Positions 11,451 to 25,826 of a stretch of 64,000 nt of DNA are shown here, one piece after another. Under the pieces are notes generated by a model. It did not search any database and was not told the origin of the DNA. It saw only the letters and a list, made by a program, of their open reading frames with translations. Both the position numbers and the translations under genes were made by a program. Location of the stretch: positions 171,678,001 through 171,742,000 of the forward strand of contig OZ024743.1 of NCBI GenBank assembly GCA_964016885.1, written 5' to 3'. This stretch comes from Eledone cirrhosa. Its lineage: Eukaryota. Position 1 is the stretch's first letter; each line of letters begins with the position of its first letter.

Positions 11451-14400
11451 TGTTTTCTTTATTAACCACAAGGGTTGACATAAAGTATAACATTAAGGAC
11501 AGCACAGGACAATACAGGACGGTACAAATGGGCTTTTCTGCGTGTAAAAAAAACAGAGGATGTAATAAAATAACAAAGAAAAATTCCCCAATAGGGGGGA
11601 GACTTCCGTGGGTCACTCATGGAGAAATCCCACAAAAAAATCCACGGTTACCCTGAACGCTAGGGCAAGCGGCTTCTTCCAGGCTTCCTTCTACGATACT
11701 ACAGGCACACGCTCAGGGTAAGCCGCTTCACACGGGCCATTCTTGCCTCACCCACCTTTCAATAAACTGGCTGGGAAAGTAGCACTTCTCTCTCCACCCT
11801 GGGGAAAACTGTAAAATTAATGAGGCGGTCACCGAAGAGGAAAGTGCCTGTCTTCAACCATTTCAGACGTGTCCACCATACGACATCTTTTACCACGTAG
11901 ATAAAAACGGCCTGCCCCTCCTGGTTAACGAATGGCGGCGGGGCAATCTTCACTATGGATTCAGCTTAGAGCCGGATCCGTCCTACACGCGACAGCAGAT
12001 GTTCGACATAAACCCACAAGTCAGCAATGCTCGGACACTGGACGAGTGCGTGCAGGATGGTTTCGTCGCCCTACGCGCATCTTGGACATGCCCGGCTGAC
12101 GGCACTTCCTTGCCTGTAGAGTTTATGCCGCACTGGCAAAGCTCCTCGGTAGCAGTGCCAGGCTAGGAATTTCTGAAAGTTGTCCATAAGCCCCGGACTG
12201 AAGGTTCTCTTAAATAGATTAGCTAGTTGATTTTCATCGACGCCCAGAGTCTCTTCAAGGACGTTGTCGCTGTTTCCCTCCACTAACCCGCTATAGAACG
12301 CCAAGAGGGAGTGTCAACTGATCGCATTGCCCGATAAGTCGTGGGCTGTGAGCGCCTGAAGACATTCCAGTCTCCAAGCGCTCCCTCTCGGTCTTCGCTT
12401 GACCCAGGACTGCCGCTCCATCAAGGAGAGGAGCTGGGGAAACACAGGTCTAGCAAACGGCGACCACACCTGATCACAGTTGGGGAAGAGGTGGAGATGC
12501 CGTAGCCTGAGCGCATGTCTGAGCATCATCAGCCACGTCACGTCCAGCCCTCTGTATAGCGTGTGTTGACAGCAGATGGACCGCCGGACCATCGGAGCAC
12601 GTCCCTTCTGCAAAATGCGAAAGAGCAAACGCTATAGCGCAGTCAGGTGATGCTTAGGAAAAGGTATGGCATCAGGTGGTAGTAGATGACGGATGTGCTG
12701 TACGCATTTGCCACCTCCGCTCGACCTTTCAGAGATAGCTTCCTCTCGGCCCATTTCTGGGTGAGAGAGGCCACCCAGCTCGTCACCGCGTCCCAGTGTT
12801 TGTCCGTCTGGACGTCCGGACTGATCCAGACCCCTGGTTGGACAGCATGGACCTTCCTCTCCAGGTGCCGAGCCACAGTCCCACCGACTTTTCCTGGTTC
12901 AACATTGCTCCTGTCACCACCTCGTATTCTCTCAGAGCTGTGCCGATCACCTCGATGTGTTTGGCATTCGAAACCACTACGGTGACGTCGTCAGCATATG
13001 CTGACACGGTTGTCCCGCATCCCAGTTTATACTGGACGCCTCCCAATGTCCCCAGTTTGTGTAGTAAGGGCTGCAGAGTCAATACGTACAACAGGGACGT
13101 GAGGGGACATCCTTGGTGGACCGAGCATATGACGTTGAACGGTTCCGAAAGGCATTCCTTCACTCTAACCACAGAGCTTATGTTACAGTGTATGGCAGCG
13201 ATCCAGCCTTTGAAGACAGGCCCAAAGCCGGCCGCCCTCAGGACCACCGCCAGCTATTGATGGTCGACACTATCGACAGCTTTCGACTGATCTAAAACGA
13301 TTAAAGCTCCACCCTTGCCAGATTCCCTAGCTATCCTCTCCACGATGTATCGCATGAAATGGAGATTGTCGTGGATGGATCTGTCTGGAATCGTGCATGG
13401 CTTCGCCTCTCCCATCAGTCTAGTACCCCTGAATAGCTGAGCGAATTACCGCTGAAATGCTGCCCACATTTGCTCGGATTCAAGTAACATGCTCTCATCG
13501 TGGTCGTCCAAAGACCGGATCTTGACTTTATTGCCACGGTACGCCCCCGCCACTCGGGCTCATAGAACAGATTTCGTCCCCTCATGTCTGAGAACACGCG
13601 CTCTAATACTGGCAACGCAACCTTGGTGCTTTGCATTGAAGAGTTAGTCGAGAGCCAATCTCGCTGCAAACACAGCGGTTACCATGCCTTTACTAAGCGT
13701 CTTGTCTAATTTACTAACTAGTTCTCTCTCTGTTCTATTTTTCTATATTGTTAACACCTTACTAAACCTAATGGAATCTATTCTAATCGCCCTTTTCAGA
13801 GCGAACCGCGATTTGTTGCTGACGACTGCCTCCGTCAACACCCGCCTACTAGTTCGCTAATCCGGTATTTGTAGGGTTTGCGCACCGTGAGTGACGCGTT
13901 TAGCTTCCAGTACCCGGGTCCTTGTCTAAGAAGCCTTTCTACGTTGACCACACAGATCACAGAGCAGGTTTGCGACGCTTTTAAACTCTCTTCCCTCTCC
14001 GCTAGGCCCACACAGTCCCAGCGTGCATCCAAGATCCCGCCCTGCCTCGCCCTTCGCCCACTAACACTAAGAGCGCGAGGTTCCAAGAAAGGTCTCCAAG
14101 CGCCGGAAGAAGTCAGGCCGTCCTGCTCCTGTCGGGGTGTATTCAGCCACTAGCTTGAAAGTGCACCCTTCTCCACTGGTCACGTCCAGCACCATCAACT
14201 TACCTTTAGGGTCCAGTAACATGGTCCGTATCACGGGGTCCAGGCCTCTCCGCCCCCCCCCCTAAATTTGGGATAGCTTGGAGATGTGTACGAAAATGGG
14301 TGCGAATGTCCGGGTCTCGGTGGTGATGGCAATGGTGGTGGTGGAGGTGTGGCGGTGGTAGTGTTGATGGTGTCGGAGGTTGTAGGGAGGGTCTGTTTAT

Positions 14401-15720
14401 AGCGATGGTTGTAGGTCGTTGACTTCTTTTTTTGTTTTTTTCCCTCCTCATTTTTATGGAGGACGAAGTAAGGGATCTCTTCTTTTTCGCTGCGATGTTT
14501 TTCCAACCTTCAGCATCATCACACTCTCTGTCCGATTTCGTGAGATCGGGAAGGGGCATCCTCTCCATTGGTCTTGGCGCTTTTGGTGGTGGAAATAGTG
14601 TTTTTGTCGTTGGTATCACCGGTACTGTTAGTTTTTCTGCCACTGTGGCCTCAGGCAGCTTTGCCACTCAAGTCACGGGGCACAGCATAGAGATAAGGGG
14701 GTGCGCGTGCACACCTTTGTGAATTTGGGGCAAAGGCCTTGGGCATCTACCTTCGACAACTTGGGCTTCTACCTTCGAAAGTAACGGGTAGATGGCTGCT
14801 GTCGTCCAGGTCGATCACATCGGGGATGGCGTCAATGGTCTCATAGTCTGATTGGATCATTAGCTCCATCCCTAAACCTGACCAGTTTTCTTGTCTCATA
14901 CGCATGACATCTAGGATTGTTGTTGACTCCTCGATGTCAGCGAGGACGGCTGCCATCAGCCAAGCGATCTCCATTGAGTGCGGAACCTGGGTCACTCGGA
15001 CCCTCACGACTCTCTGTCCGCAGTATGTGGGAACCATGAGTATTTCCTCACATTGGAGTGACGTAATGGAGTGTACTCTGCCTTCTTCGGGTGAAGCGAA
15101 AGAAACATCCACGGTGCCATACTTAATTCTTCGGGCTACGTAGATTTTCTGTGCCCAGACGGCATACATAACCCTTTGGACCTGTGACTCTGCCACCCAT
15201 TCCATTCGGCACAATTTGAGTTCAAGTTTACGGTACGGTGACCCTGTGAGGCTGACCCTGCTTTTCTTTGACAAAAATCCTGGCCTGTCACATCTCCATG
15301 TCACTGATGCGTACTCTTTCCACACTTTTAGCAGCCTTCACGAATGATACCACTTAGGAGGCTCATGCCTTCTGTTTGGGGCTCGTCATTTCTGCTTCTT
15401 TTGTTGTTGTTGTTGGTGGTGGTCTTGTTAGTTTTTTTCTTCTGTGTTGCTGCTGTTACTGTTGTTGTTTGGCTATTTGCTACAGCTGCAGTTGAATTCG
15501 ACCGGGTGACGCGTTGTTTCCTTGAGCTTTATTTCACGTTAATTTGCAAAAATGATCTGTACCTGTAATTTAAAGGGTCAGTCCCCTTATGCTGAATCTC
15601 TTTGAGCACTACGATAAGGTTCCACGTGTCTGTGGAATGCTCAATCACTTTCGCGTTACTTTGACGATCAGGCTTTTCTGTTGATTAGGACATAGTCGCA
15701 GTTTCTGAGGTAGGTCTAAT
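11451..15720 (-). mobile_element. Decayed, internally deleted Tx1-clade LINE (family D, (ATT)n-tailed)
   Basis: ORF1 remnant 14747-15325 (PTYCGQR..FEGRSPSC); ORF2 fragments GPGYWKLN, QGCPLTSLLY, AYADD; 3'UTR very similar to 1211-1453; 5' boundary uncertain. Confidence 0.85.
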
Positions 15721-16009
15721 AACAATATATATTTCACGATCAAAGGACCGTTAAGTATTTGGGGATTTCTCGATCTATTGCATTATTTTGTAAAAAAAAA
15801 AAAAAGAAATCCCACAAAACTATCATAATACCAGACACAAGATGCTTAATCCCTCTAACTATAAATAACACCCAGATACACCTACAAGAGAGAGAGAGAA
15901 GTAGAGTTTATGTGAATATGTGAATGTGTATGATAGAAAAGGAGATAATTGATCTATTTAACAGGAGAAGGGACGCAAGTGAGAATGAGAGACAAATGAG
16001 TGAAAGGAG

Positions 16010-16057
<48 letters not shown>

Positions 16058-16686
16058 GGCTTAATAAATTTGTAACCATATTTCTAATTGAATACACATA
16101 TTAATTATGAAAATAATGAAGAAACTGATAGTATTTAGTAGAATAACATTTTCAATAAGATTGAGCAAAATGGTCCTAAAAAAAAATTTCATGATTGAAG
16201 GTTTTAATTCAAATTCGAACATTTTATATCAGATAGCTTCAGGCAAGATGGTATTAACAGGGTTCATAATAAAGAGCATAAATATAGAGAGTAAAATCAC
16301 CGGCGTTAATGATAATTATTAAATCGAAACTAATTAAATTAAAATGGTTGTGAGGTGTGATTTTGGTGTTTGGTAAATACGGTGGCAACTTCTAATATGC
16401 TTCAATATTATTGGATCTCATCAGATATATATAGTCGTAGTCGTAATTAACAGAACTTAAAATGGCTGAAAAAAATAAAAATTCACTGATTATGCAATTT
16501 GTAATAATAACATTGGAAAAATTGTCAGGGATAATGTCTGACCAAAGAACAGATATGAATGAAATTATATAATCTAGTGAGTCCACACAAAATAAATAAA
16601 TAAATATTAAAAAATCATAATGCAGAGGAAAACTATTGTAATTGTTGATAATTCCTGTCAAAAATGCAAGGGAGACGATTAATTAC

Positions 16687-16759
16687 CTGATTCATTGAGA
16701 ACATCGGATATATTGAAATATTCAGTGAAAAAACCGTAACATCGTTCTGCGAACTTCAT
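16687..16759 (-). other. Candidate first coding exon of a host gene (MKFAERCYGFFTEYFNISDVLNES)
   Basis: gccATG start, 73 nt open, ends at donor CAG|GTAATT, in non-repetitive DNA; no homology recognised. Confidence 0.25.
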
Positions 16760-16803
16760 GGCATAATTTGTCTGGTTTATCTTCTCTCGCTGGGCCCACA
16801 TCC

Positions 16804-16817
16804 GTAACTATAGAAAC
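16804..16817. promoter_or_regulatory. RFX X-box-like motif GTAACTATAGAAAC
   Basis: Resembles X-box consensus GTNRCYATRGNAAC; about 45 bp upstream of the candidate ATG. Confidence 0.25.
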
Positions 16818-16871
16818 AACAAACAAAGCGATACTATGAAATGGCATGAGCTTTTAGGGTCAATCTCTCTC

Positions 16872-17002
<131 letters not shown>

Positions 17003-17089
17003 GTAAAGTTATATTTAAAATTGTTGGGTTACAACTAGTAAATATTTATAACTGATATAAAAGCACTCGACAAATATTTGGAGTATATT

Positions 17090-17559
17090 TACAATATTAA
17101 ATAAATGGAAAACTATATTTATAAAACCATATTTATTTCATTATACATATTTCGGGGATATCATATTAACAATATGCTATGCCTTCATCAGACAAAATAC
17201 AATATAAACAGTTTTATAGATAAATATATTCGACATACCGTAATAAACATCAACTTCATTTGAAGAGGTTTACTCTAGCAGTGAAAATACAGAGAGAAAG
17301 AAAGAGAGAAAGAAAAGAGGGAAAAACGAAAGAAAGAAAGACAAAACGAAGAGAAGGAAGAAAAAGAAGAAAAAGAAAAAGAAGAAATGCATGGAACAAA
17401 ATAGAGAGATGGAAAAATAGATAAAGTGAAGAGCTTCATGTAAAGAGACAGAAAGATATATATATATATAGAGAGAGAGGAAATAGAGATAGATACATAT
17501 ATATATATAGAAAATTAGGTAGTGGGAGGTCATTTTGAGTAAGTGTATCAATGATACAT

Positions 17560-17598
<39 letters not shown>

Positions 17599-19877
17599 GC
17601 TCAAGTATTAATGTAAGGGAGATATATAGAGAGATATAGAGAGATATAGAGAGAGAAAAAAAATTTTAAAATATCCAGACATATTCGAGGCGTAGAAAAC
17701 CCTATGTTTTAATGTATTAGTATTTATAAAACTTACACTACACTGTAAATATCAGTATTCCTGAATGAAACAAGTATTCACAATGTGTGAAAATTCATTA
17801 TCTTATGTTTAGTTTTAAAAATTCATATGTCTATGTGACAGTTACAAATCTCAATGTGAATCCAACTGATTCACTCCGCAAACTCTAAGTTGTCGGAAAA
17901 CATTCTCAATGTGGTATAAAAATTTGAGCGTATTATTATTCTTGCGATTACTCTACAAGATTATCTATCAAGCAGAAATAGAGAGCAGATTTCAATATAC
18001 TAATCGAAAATATATATTATATTATAAACATAATAATAAGTAAAAATATAGAATAGAAAACTAAAAAAATATTACGAAAGAATATTACATAATAAAAATA
18101 TTGCATATTAAAAATACTACGTATTAAAAAATATTACGTATTAAAGATTTACATATAAAAATTTACATATAAAAATATACATATAAAAATCTACATATAA
18201 AAATTTACATATAAAAATATATAAAGATATTAAAAAAATAAATAAAATAAAAATAAAAATATTATAGAATACTACAATACTAAAGAATAAAAGTAAAAAT
18301 AAAAATAAAAATAAAAATAAAAATAAAAATAAAAATGAAAATAAAAATAAAAATAAACCACAAAAAAACAACCCTTCAAAGTTAATTGACAATATATTGC
18401 CACGTTCACTACAAGACAAAGCCAAAAATTATCTATCAAAAATTATCTATCAAAAAAATTATCTATCAAAAAAAAAAAAAAAAAAATCTTCAACGGCACT
18501 TTCAGGGGTACTCTGGCAACTTAAGCTAGATAACGTTAGATATTCGACGGCTTGGAATATAGTCTCAAGAGGGATTCCTTTTAATTCATCCTCTGAGACA
18601 TGTGACCTCTGTGCAGAGGAGATATTCTTTATACTAAAATCTAAAAACTCCCTTAACCTACGGACAAATTTATTCAGTTGTTGCAAACATAGATTAAACT
18701 CAACGTTTAAATATAAATTTAAATTTAAAATGTAGTATATTTAGTTTGATTTATATTTATATGAGAACTAGCCGATAAATCTTTTGATTCCTAAATCTTT
18801 GATTCCCTCGTTTTACTCTTTTTATTGTTTATTTTATTTTATTTATTTTTATTTTTATTTTTATCTAAACATTCCTCATGAAAAATTAAGCTACCCTAAA
18901 AGCCGATGCTCCAAATTTTTTGAATTAACCTTACACTAGATAAACTTCTATATTAAACATAGGAACATATGTAGACATAATTGGACATCATAATCTTTTT
19001 ACGATATTCTTTGCTAGATGTGATTTGATAGATAATTTTTGGCTTTGTCTTGTAGTGAACGTGGCAATATATTGTCAATTAACTTTGAAGGGTTGTTTTT
19101 TTGTGGTTTATTTTTATTTTTATTTTCATTTTTATTTTTATTTTTATTTTTATTTTTATTTTTATTTTTATTTTTATTTTTACTTTTATTCTTTAGTATT
19201 GTAGTATTCTATAATATTTTTATTTTTATTTTATTTATTTTTTTAATATTTTTATATATTTTTATATGTAAATTTTTATATGTAGATTTTTATATGTATA
19301 TTTTTATATGTAAATTGTTATATGTAAATCTTTAATACGTAATATTTTTTAATACGTAGTATTTTTAATATGCAATATTTTTATTATGTAATATTCTTTC
19401 GTAATATTTTTTTAGTTTTCTATTCTATATTTTTACTTATTATTATGTTTATAATATAATATATATTTTCGATTAGTATATTGAAATCTGCTCTCTATTT
19501 CTGCTTGATAGATAATCTTGTAGAGTAATCGCAAGAATAATAATACGCTCAAATTTTTATACCACATTGAGAATATTTTCCGACAACTTAGAGTTTGCGG
19601 AGTGAATCAGTTGGATTCACATTGAGATTTGTAGCTGTCACATAGACATATGAATTTTTAAAACTAAACATAAGATAATGAATTTTCACACATTGTGAAT
19701 ACTTGTTTCATTCAGGAATACTGATATTTACAGTGTAGTGTAAGTTTTATAAATACTAATACATTAAAACATAGGGTTTTCTACGCCTCGAATATGTCTG
19801 GATATTTTTAAATTTTTTTTCTCTCTCTATATCTCTCTATATCTCTCTATATATCTCCCTTACATTAATACTTGAGC

Positions 19878-19908
<31 letters not shown>

Positions 19909-20372
19909 ATGTATCATTGATACACTTACTCAAAATGACCTCCCACTACCTAATTTTCTATATATATATATGTATCTATCTCTATTTCCTCTCTCTATAT
20001 ATATATATATATCTTTCTGTCTCTTTACATGAAGCTCTTCACTTTATCTATTTTTCCATCTCTCTATTTTGTTCCATGCATTTCTTCTTTTTCTTTTTCT
20101 TCTTTTTCTTCCTTCTCTTCGTTTTGTCTTTCTTTCTTTCGTTTTTCCCTCTTTTCTTTCTCTCTTTCTTTCTCTCTGTATTTTCACTGCTAGAGTAAAC
20201 CTCTTCAAATGAAGTTGATGTTTATTACGGTATGTCGAATATATTTATCTATAAAACTGTTTATATTGTATTTTGTCTGATGAAGGCATAGCATATTGTT
20301 AATATGATATCCCCGAAATATGTATAATGAAATAAATATGGTTTTATAAATATAGTTTTCCATTTATTTAAT

Positions 20373-20378
<6 letters not shown>
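17090..20378 (+). mobile_element. Fold-back Penelope-like (Naiad-type) remnant, ~1.35-kb inverted arms 17090-18440 / 19024-20378
   Basis: Mirror-image ORF pairs (17270-/19917+, 18141-/19039+); spacer holds GIY-YIG C-terminus STALS..W..CDLC..LN..CCKHR (18489-18735); degenerate hammerhead cores at 20277-20324 (+) and 17144-17191 (-); (TA)n flanks. Confidence 0.85.
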
Positions 20379-20409
<31 letters not shown>

Positions 20410-20439
20410 GTGGTGACACAACAGTTAGTTCACTATACC

Positions 20440-20472
20440 GAGAACAATTGTTTCACCTTAGCGGATCCTCAG

Positions 20473-20475
<3 letters not shown>
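20440..20475 (-). ncRNA. Minimal type I hammerhead motif in a tiny PLE 3' remnant between (TA)n tracts
   Basis: gag-CTGAGGA-tccgctaaggt-GAAA-caattg-TT-ctc. Confidence 0.6.
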
Positions 20476-20503
<28 letters not shown>

Positions 20504-20511
20504 TTCGTTTC

Positions 20512-20572
<61 letters not shown>

Positions 20573-20929
20573 TAGCGAGAATCGCATTTCGGCTATTGGA
20601 AATTAGCGAAAAACAACTTTCGAGATGTGTGGCATGCGCTCCATAGAAACTAGTGAACTAGAGCAACAACGTACGTTAAAAAAAGAGACGATGGTTAAAC
20701 CATTATCCGCAAATCCATAGAAACAACCAAGATATTCGGGTCAAACAAATAATAAATATATGTGTATATATATATATATATATGTATGTATATGTTTATA
20801 TGTATATATATATATATACATATAAACATATACATATATATATATATTATATATACACAATAAACACACACACAAACACATATATATATTCATATCGCTC
20901 TCTATATATATTCATATAAAAATATATAC

Positions 20930-20966
<37 letters not shown>

Positions 20967-20968
<2 letters not shown>

Positions 20969-21630
20969 CCATATATGTGTTAGAATTGGTATGCATATTC
21001 AAAAGATTTTATTTTTTTATTTCTAATTTATTGATACATTTTTATAAGTATGTCGAGATTGACACTTTCCTTTAATTACTATACTCCCTTACCTCTTTTA
21101 CTTCCGCATCTAAATGTAAGTGTGTGTGGGCGTGTTTATGTGAGCGCCTCAATATTCATATACTTATGATGTATCTATTCCGTCTGTTGATTACAGACAT
21201 ACGGATACATTAGCCCTAAATTTTAGATTTACACACACTTTTTCACTATACGTATACATATGAGCATACACATATATGCACATCTGTGAGCGTATTTACA
21301 TACATATACACACACCTAACTATATTTTCTTGTTAGATTTTTATGTATTTCAATCTATATTTCATTGGTCTATTCAAAATCTGTTACCAAACAGACCTAT
21401 TGTATTGAATTATTGTTATTATCAATAAACAAGCATCATTATTTCTGAAGACAGCATATATATGTGAAGGTATGTATATTCCCTCTGATAGTTTGTATAA
21501 TTTTGTACATAGATCTTTTGAATATGCATACCAATTCTAACACATATATGTCCTAGAAACGATCGTAAAATAATGAACTTTTTTTGTTTAATATAAGGAA
21601 CTGTTTCTTTATTTATTCATTATTTTTTTA

Positions 21631-21637
<7 letters not shown>
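20967..21637 (+). mobile_element. PLE 3' (pLTR) remnant with a short 5' inversion, related to 21703-26091
   Basis: 20967-21008 is the reverse complement of ~21510-21552; hammerhead at 21437-21575; (TA)n flanks. Confidence 0.7.
21437..21575 (+). ncRNA. Hammerhead motif with 104-nt stem/loop II
   Basis: cattattt-CTGAAGA-(104 nt)-GAAA-cgatcg-TA-aaataatg; perfect 8-bp stem I, palindromic stem III. Confidence 0.7.
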
Positions 21638-21706
<69 letters not shown>

Positions 21707-22572
21707 TAAAAACAATGAATATAAACAAAGAAACAATTCCTTATATTAAAAAATTCATCATTTTACGATCGTTTCTAGGATATATATGTGTGTGTTGGTA
21801 TGTATATCATATAGATCTATGTAAAAATTTTACAAACTATCAGAGGGAATATACATACCTACACATATATATGCTGTCTTCAGAAATAATGATATTTGTT
21901 TATTGAAAAACACCAGCAAAGATTCAATATAATAAGTCTGTTTGGGAACAGGTTTTGAATTGACCAATAGAAGAGTAGTAAGTGGTCAAGTTGATAGAAT
22001 AGTAGTAGTAGAAATTTAATTTAGGGGTAGAGGAATGCAGACTTCAGTTTTGAATGGAAATAATATTCTGAATGAAAAGATTACTTTGGGCATGAAAAGA
22101 GGTCAAGCCGGTGAAAGGTACACGAAAATTTGATGTTATTAAAGAATAATGCTAATGTTAAAATCGAAGGAGAATCTTATTAAAAACATAGGGAATTTAG
22201 ATCTATAAAAAGAAATTAAATCAATTTAATTGATAGGTATACTTATAGGGATAAATTTATATTAATTCATATGGATGTGATAAATAAGAGTTAGATGTTA
22301 TTAAAGAATGTTGTTAAAAACGAAGGAAAAAAAATTGGGGAGGGGGATAAATGTATTAGTGAGAAATAATAAACTTATATAGACTACAAGGAATTTAGAT
22401 TCATAACAGAAAATTAAAATAGTTTATATGTATACTGATAGGTATTAATTTTATGAAAAGATAGCTGTAAAAGGGAAATAAAATTATGAAGTTCTCAGTA
22501 GTAAAATACTAATTATAGGTTAACTAAATTTAAAAAAAATAATTATAATAATTTGTAAAATGAAAGTGTATA

Positions 22573-25052
22573 TTAATTAGGTTTATAATATTTGAAAGTT
22601 CTTCTAATTCTATGATTGCACGATATAATTAATTCTTGTCGCTTATTTAATAGGATATCCTTAGATTTCATTATTTCAAAAAGTTCCTGGGAACATAATC
22701 TACACTCATATCTGTTATTTTGAGCACACTTCAGGTCAGGTTATAATCGATATTCTTTTTTCTATAATTATTAATTATTTCAGCCAAGGATGTTGTATTA
22801 GCTAATGTGGCATTTTAAAAACTGTGTTTGTGGGTATTAAATCTTACTTTAAATTGGTTAGAAGTAGCTCCTATATATGAATAAGTTGAGTCCTTAGTGC
22901 TAATTTTACATTTATATACTATTATTAATAAGGCAATTTCCTTTTAATGGGCAATTTGCTTTGTCTATACAGTTACAACCATTCGTGAATATTATATCAG
23001 AGGAGTTAGTCAAATTAGGTGTGGAATTTACTCGACTTGTTGTATGTGAATGAGATGGTGGTTTGTTGTGGTTTATTTTAGTATTATGGTTAGTTTGATG
23101 TGTTGGTGGTATATTCATGTTTTTTGTAACACTTATATGCATTGTAGGCACTTATATTTTGTTGTATATTTTTGGTAGTGGAGTAGGAAAATTTGACCGT
23201 TGATCTATTTAAAATTTGATGGTATTTCTGGTTTGGCGGGAAGTTTTTCTCTAGGATAGTAAACATTTTTTTAGGGATATTATCTTTAATTTGTAGATTA
23301 AATGGAGCATTTTACCAAGTAACTCGTCTATTACGGTTTCGATGCTGATTTTTATTTTTATACGATGTATCCTGATGTTTACTAAGAGAGTTAGTATTAG
23401 TGAATTTATTATACATATGTTTAGTTAGATTCACTGATTTAGGTGTTTTAGTCTGATTATTAGGAATTTTGTTAGTAATGTTATTAACATATATTGGAGT
23501 ATTAGGATGAATGGTTTTTGAAAGTTATTATATTGTATGTGAGAAGAGGTAGAGAAATTAAGTTTTAAGTTGGTATTTTGGGGTATAGTGTGAGTGGCAT
23601 TTAGGTGTGTATTTTTCATTTGTTTTTTGTTGGTAATATTGGGTTGTATGTTTGTAATATTATTGGTACAAGACTAATTTGTTTTTGTGGCCGCTTCTAG
23701 CTAAAGCTTCTTTATAAAAGTTCGCATTTTTATCGAATATATCCTGGTTAGATGAAAGGTTAGAAATTCTGAGTGAGATATTATATGCAAGGTTTTTAAG
23801 GATAGATCTAGGGTGATTGGATTGTGAGTGTATGTAATGTAAGTTTTGGTTAGGTTTATGCTAAGGTTGGTAGATACCCGTAGATAAGTCTAAAGTTATA
23901 TCAAGGAAATTAACTACTTTACTGGTGTTTTCAAATGTAATAGTGAGACTATAATAGTCTTTGAGGAAAGTTCTAATAAGTTTTTTATTTTTTTCAATTT
24001 CTGATAGGCTAAGGTTAGTGGAAAGAAGAAGACAGTCATCACGATATAAACTACCACTAAGGTGGGGGAAAAAGAAGCATTTATGTTAAATAGAAGAAAG
24101 AGGCCCACAAGATCGGTAATTTGGGCAGAATCACTAGAGCCCATAGTAATGTCGAATAGATTACTATATGTATTTCTTGTCCAGTATTCCTTCTGAAATT
24201 CCAGTATTGTTTGTCTAGCGTGCGTGATAATATTAATGTCATCCATAGTTAAGTTTGATCTATTTTTGGCAAATATCAAAGCTTTGTTCAGGAGTATGGG
24301 TAATATAGAGGGATAATAAGCATCTATATCGAATTGTAGAAATGAAGCAGATGATTTATTCCTAATATTAGTAAACCAGTTAATTACCTGGGATGTGTTT
24401 TCCCAGAGTGGTAAATTAACAGGTTTTCTTAATTGTGGGATGACTCTATCTAAAATTTGTTTACTAATGATGCCAATGTCAGATTTGGAAGGGCATATAA
24501 GTCTTATAGAAGGATTAGAGTTAAAATTAGATTTGTGATCTTTCAGGTTAAAGTGTGGTTTTTTCAGTGCCAAAGGTTCAGTTCTATCTTCAATATTGAG
24601 TTTATTTACTATGTTGTGTTCTGTTGTTGATATTGGTAAGTGCCGCATTATTTGTTTTTTTATAATTTTTCCTGAGTTCTTTATAAATGAACTCATTGTA
24701 ATTATCAATATCCATGTGGTACAGATTTCCAGTTTTGTCAGAGTGGACATGGATTTTGTTAGATTCTTTTAGATCCAATAGGGTAGAATCAGGATCCTGT
24801 TGCAAATTAGATTTATATTTCTTAAATTTGAGGTGTTTGATTAAGTTAAAAAGGTCTTTCTCGAAGTTTTCAAGCAAGGAGTTGTATGGAGGGTTCTTAT
24901 ATGTAGTGAAATCATATAAATATTTCTTATCAGTAAATTTTGTTTTTTTATCAAAATGGTAGGCCCTCCATCTGACCCTTTTGATGAATTGGTTGGTTTT
25001 TTGTATCATAAGATGTAAGAATTCATCCTTAGAAGGTATTGGTGCAATATAA
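22573..25052 (-). pseudogene. Frameshifted Naiad RT + GIY-YIG endonuclease ORF
   Basis: PIPS..FIKRVRWRAY, SDKTGN, RLICPSKSDIG, FDIDAYYPSI, FDITMGSSDSAQ, CNCIDKANCPLKGNC, C-terminal CNHR. Confidence 0.9.
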
Positions 25053-25826
25053 ATATCGTGCAATCATAGAATTAGAAGAACTTTCAAATATTGTAAACCT
25101 AATTAATATACACTTTTATTTTACAAATTATTATGATTATTATTTTTTAATTTAGTTAACCTATAATTAGTATTTTACTACTGAGAACTTCATAATTTTA
25201 TTTCCCTTTTACAGCTATCTTTTCCTAAAATTAATACCTATCAGTATACATATAAACTATTTTAATTTCCTGTTATGAATCTAAATTCATTGTAGTCTAT
25301 ATAAGTTTGTTATTTCTCACTAATACATTTATCCCCCCCCCCCCCATTTTCTTTCCTTCGTTTTTAACAACATTCTTTAATAATAACTAACTCTTATTTA
25401 TCACATCTATATGAATTAATATAAATTTATCCCTATAAGTATACCTATCAATTAAATTGATTTAATTTCTTTTTATAGATCTAAATTCCTTATGTTTTTA
25501 ATAAGATTGGTATTTCTCACTAACACATTTATCCTAAAATTTTATTCTCCATCTATTTTAACATTAGTATTATTCTTTAATAAGATCAAATTTTCGTGTA
25601 TCTTTCACCGGCTTGACCTCTTTTCATCCCCAAAGTAATCTTCTCATTCAGAATATTATTTCCATTCAAAACTGAAGTCTGCATTCCTCTACCCCTAAAT
25701 TAAATTTCTACTACTACTATTCTATCAACTTGACCACTTACTACTCTTCTATTGGTCAATTCAAAACCTGTTCCCAAACAGACTTATTATATTGAATCTT
25801 TGTTGGTGTTTTTCAATAAACAAATA

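Noticed and set aside
17270-20198. Duplicated hydrophobic ORF pairs resembling small membrane proteins
   Set aside because: Low-complexity sequence mirrored by the inverted arms
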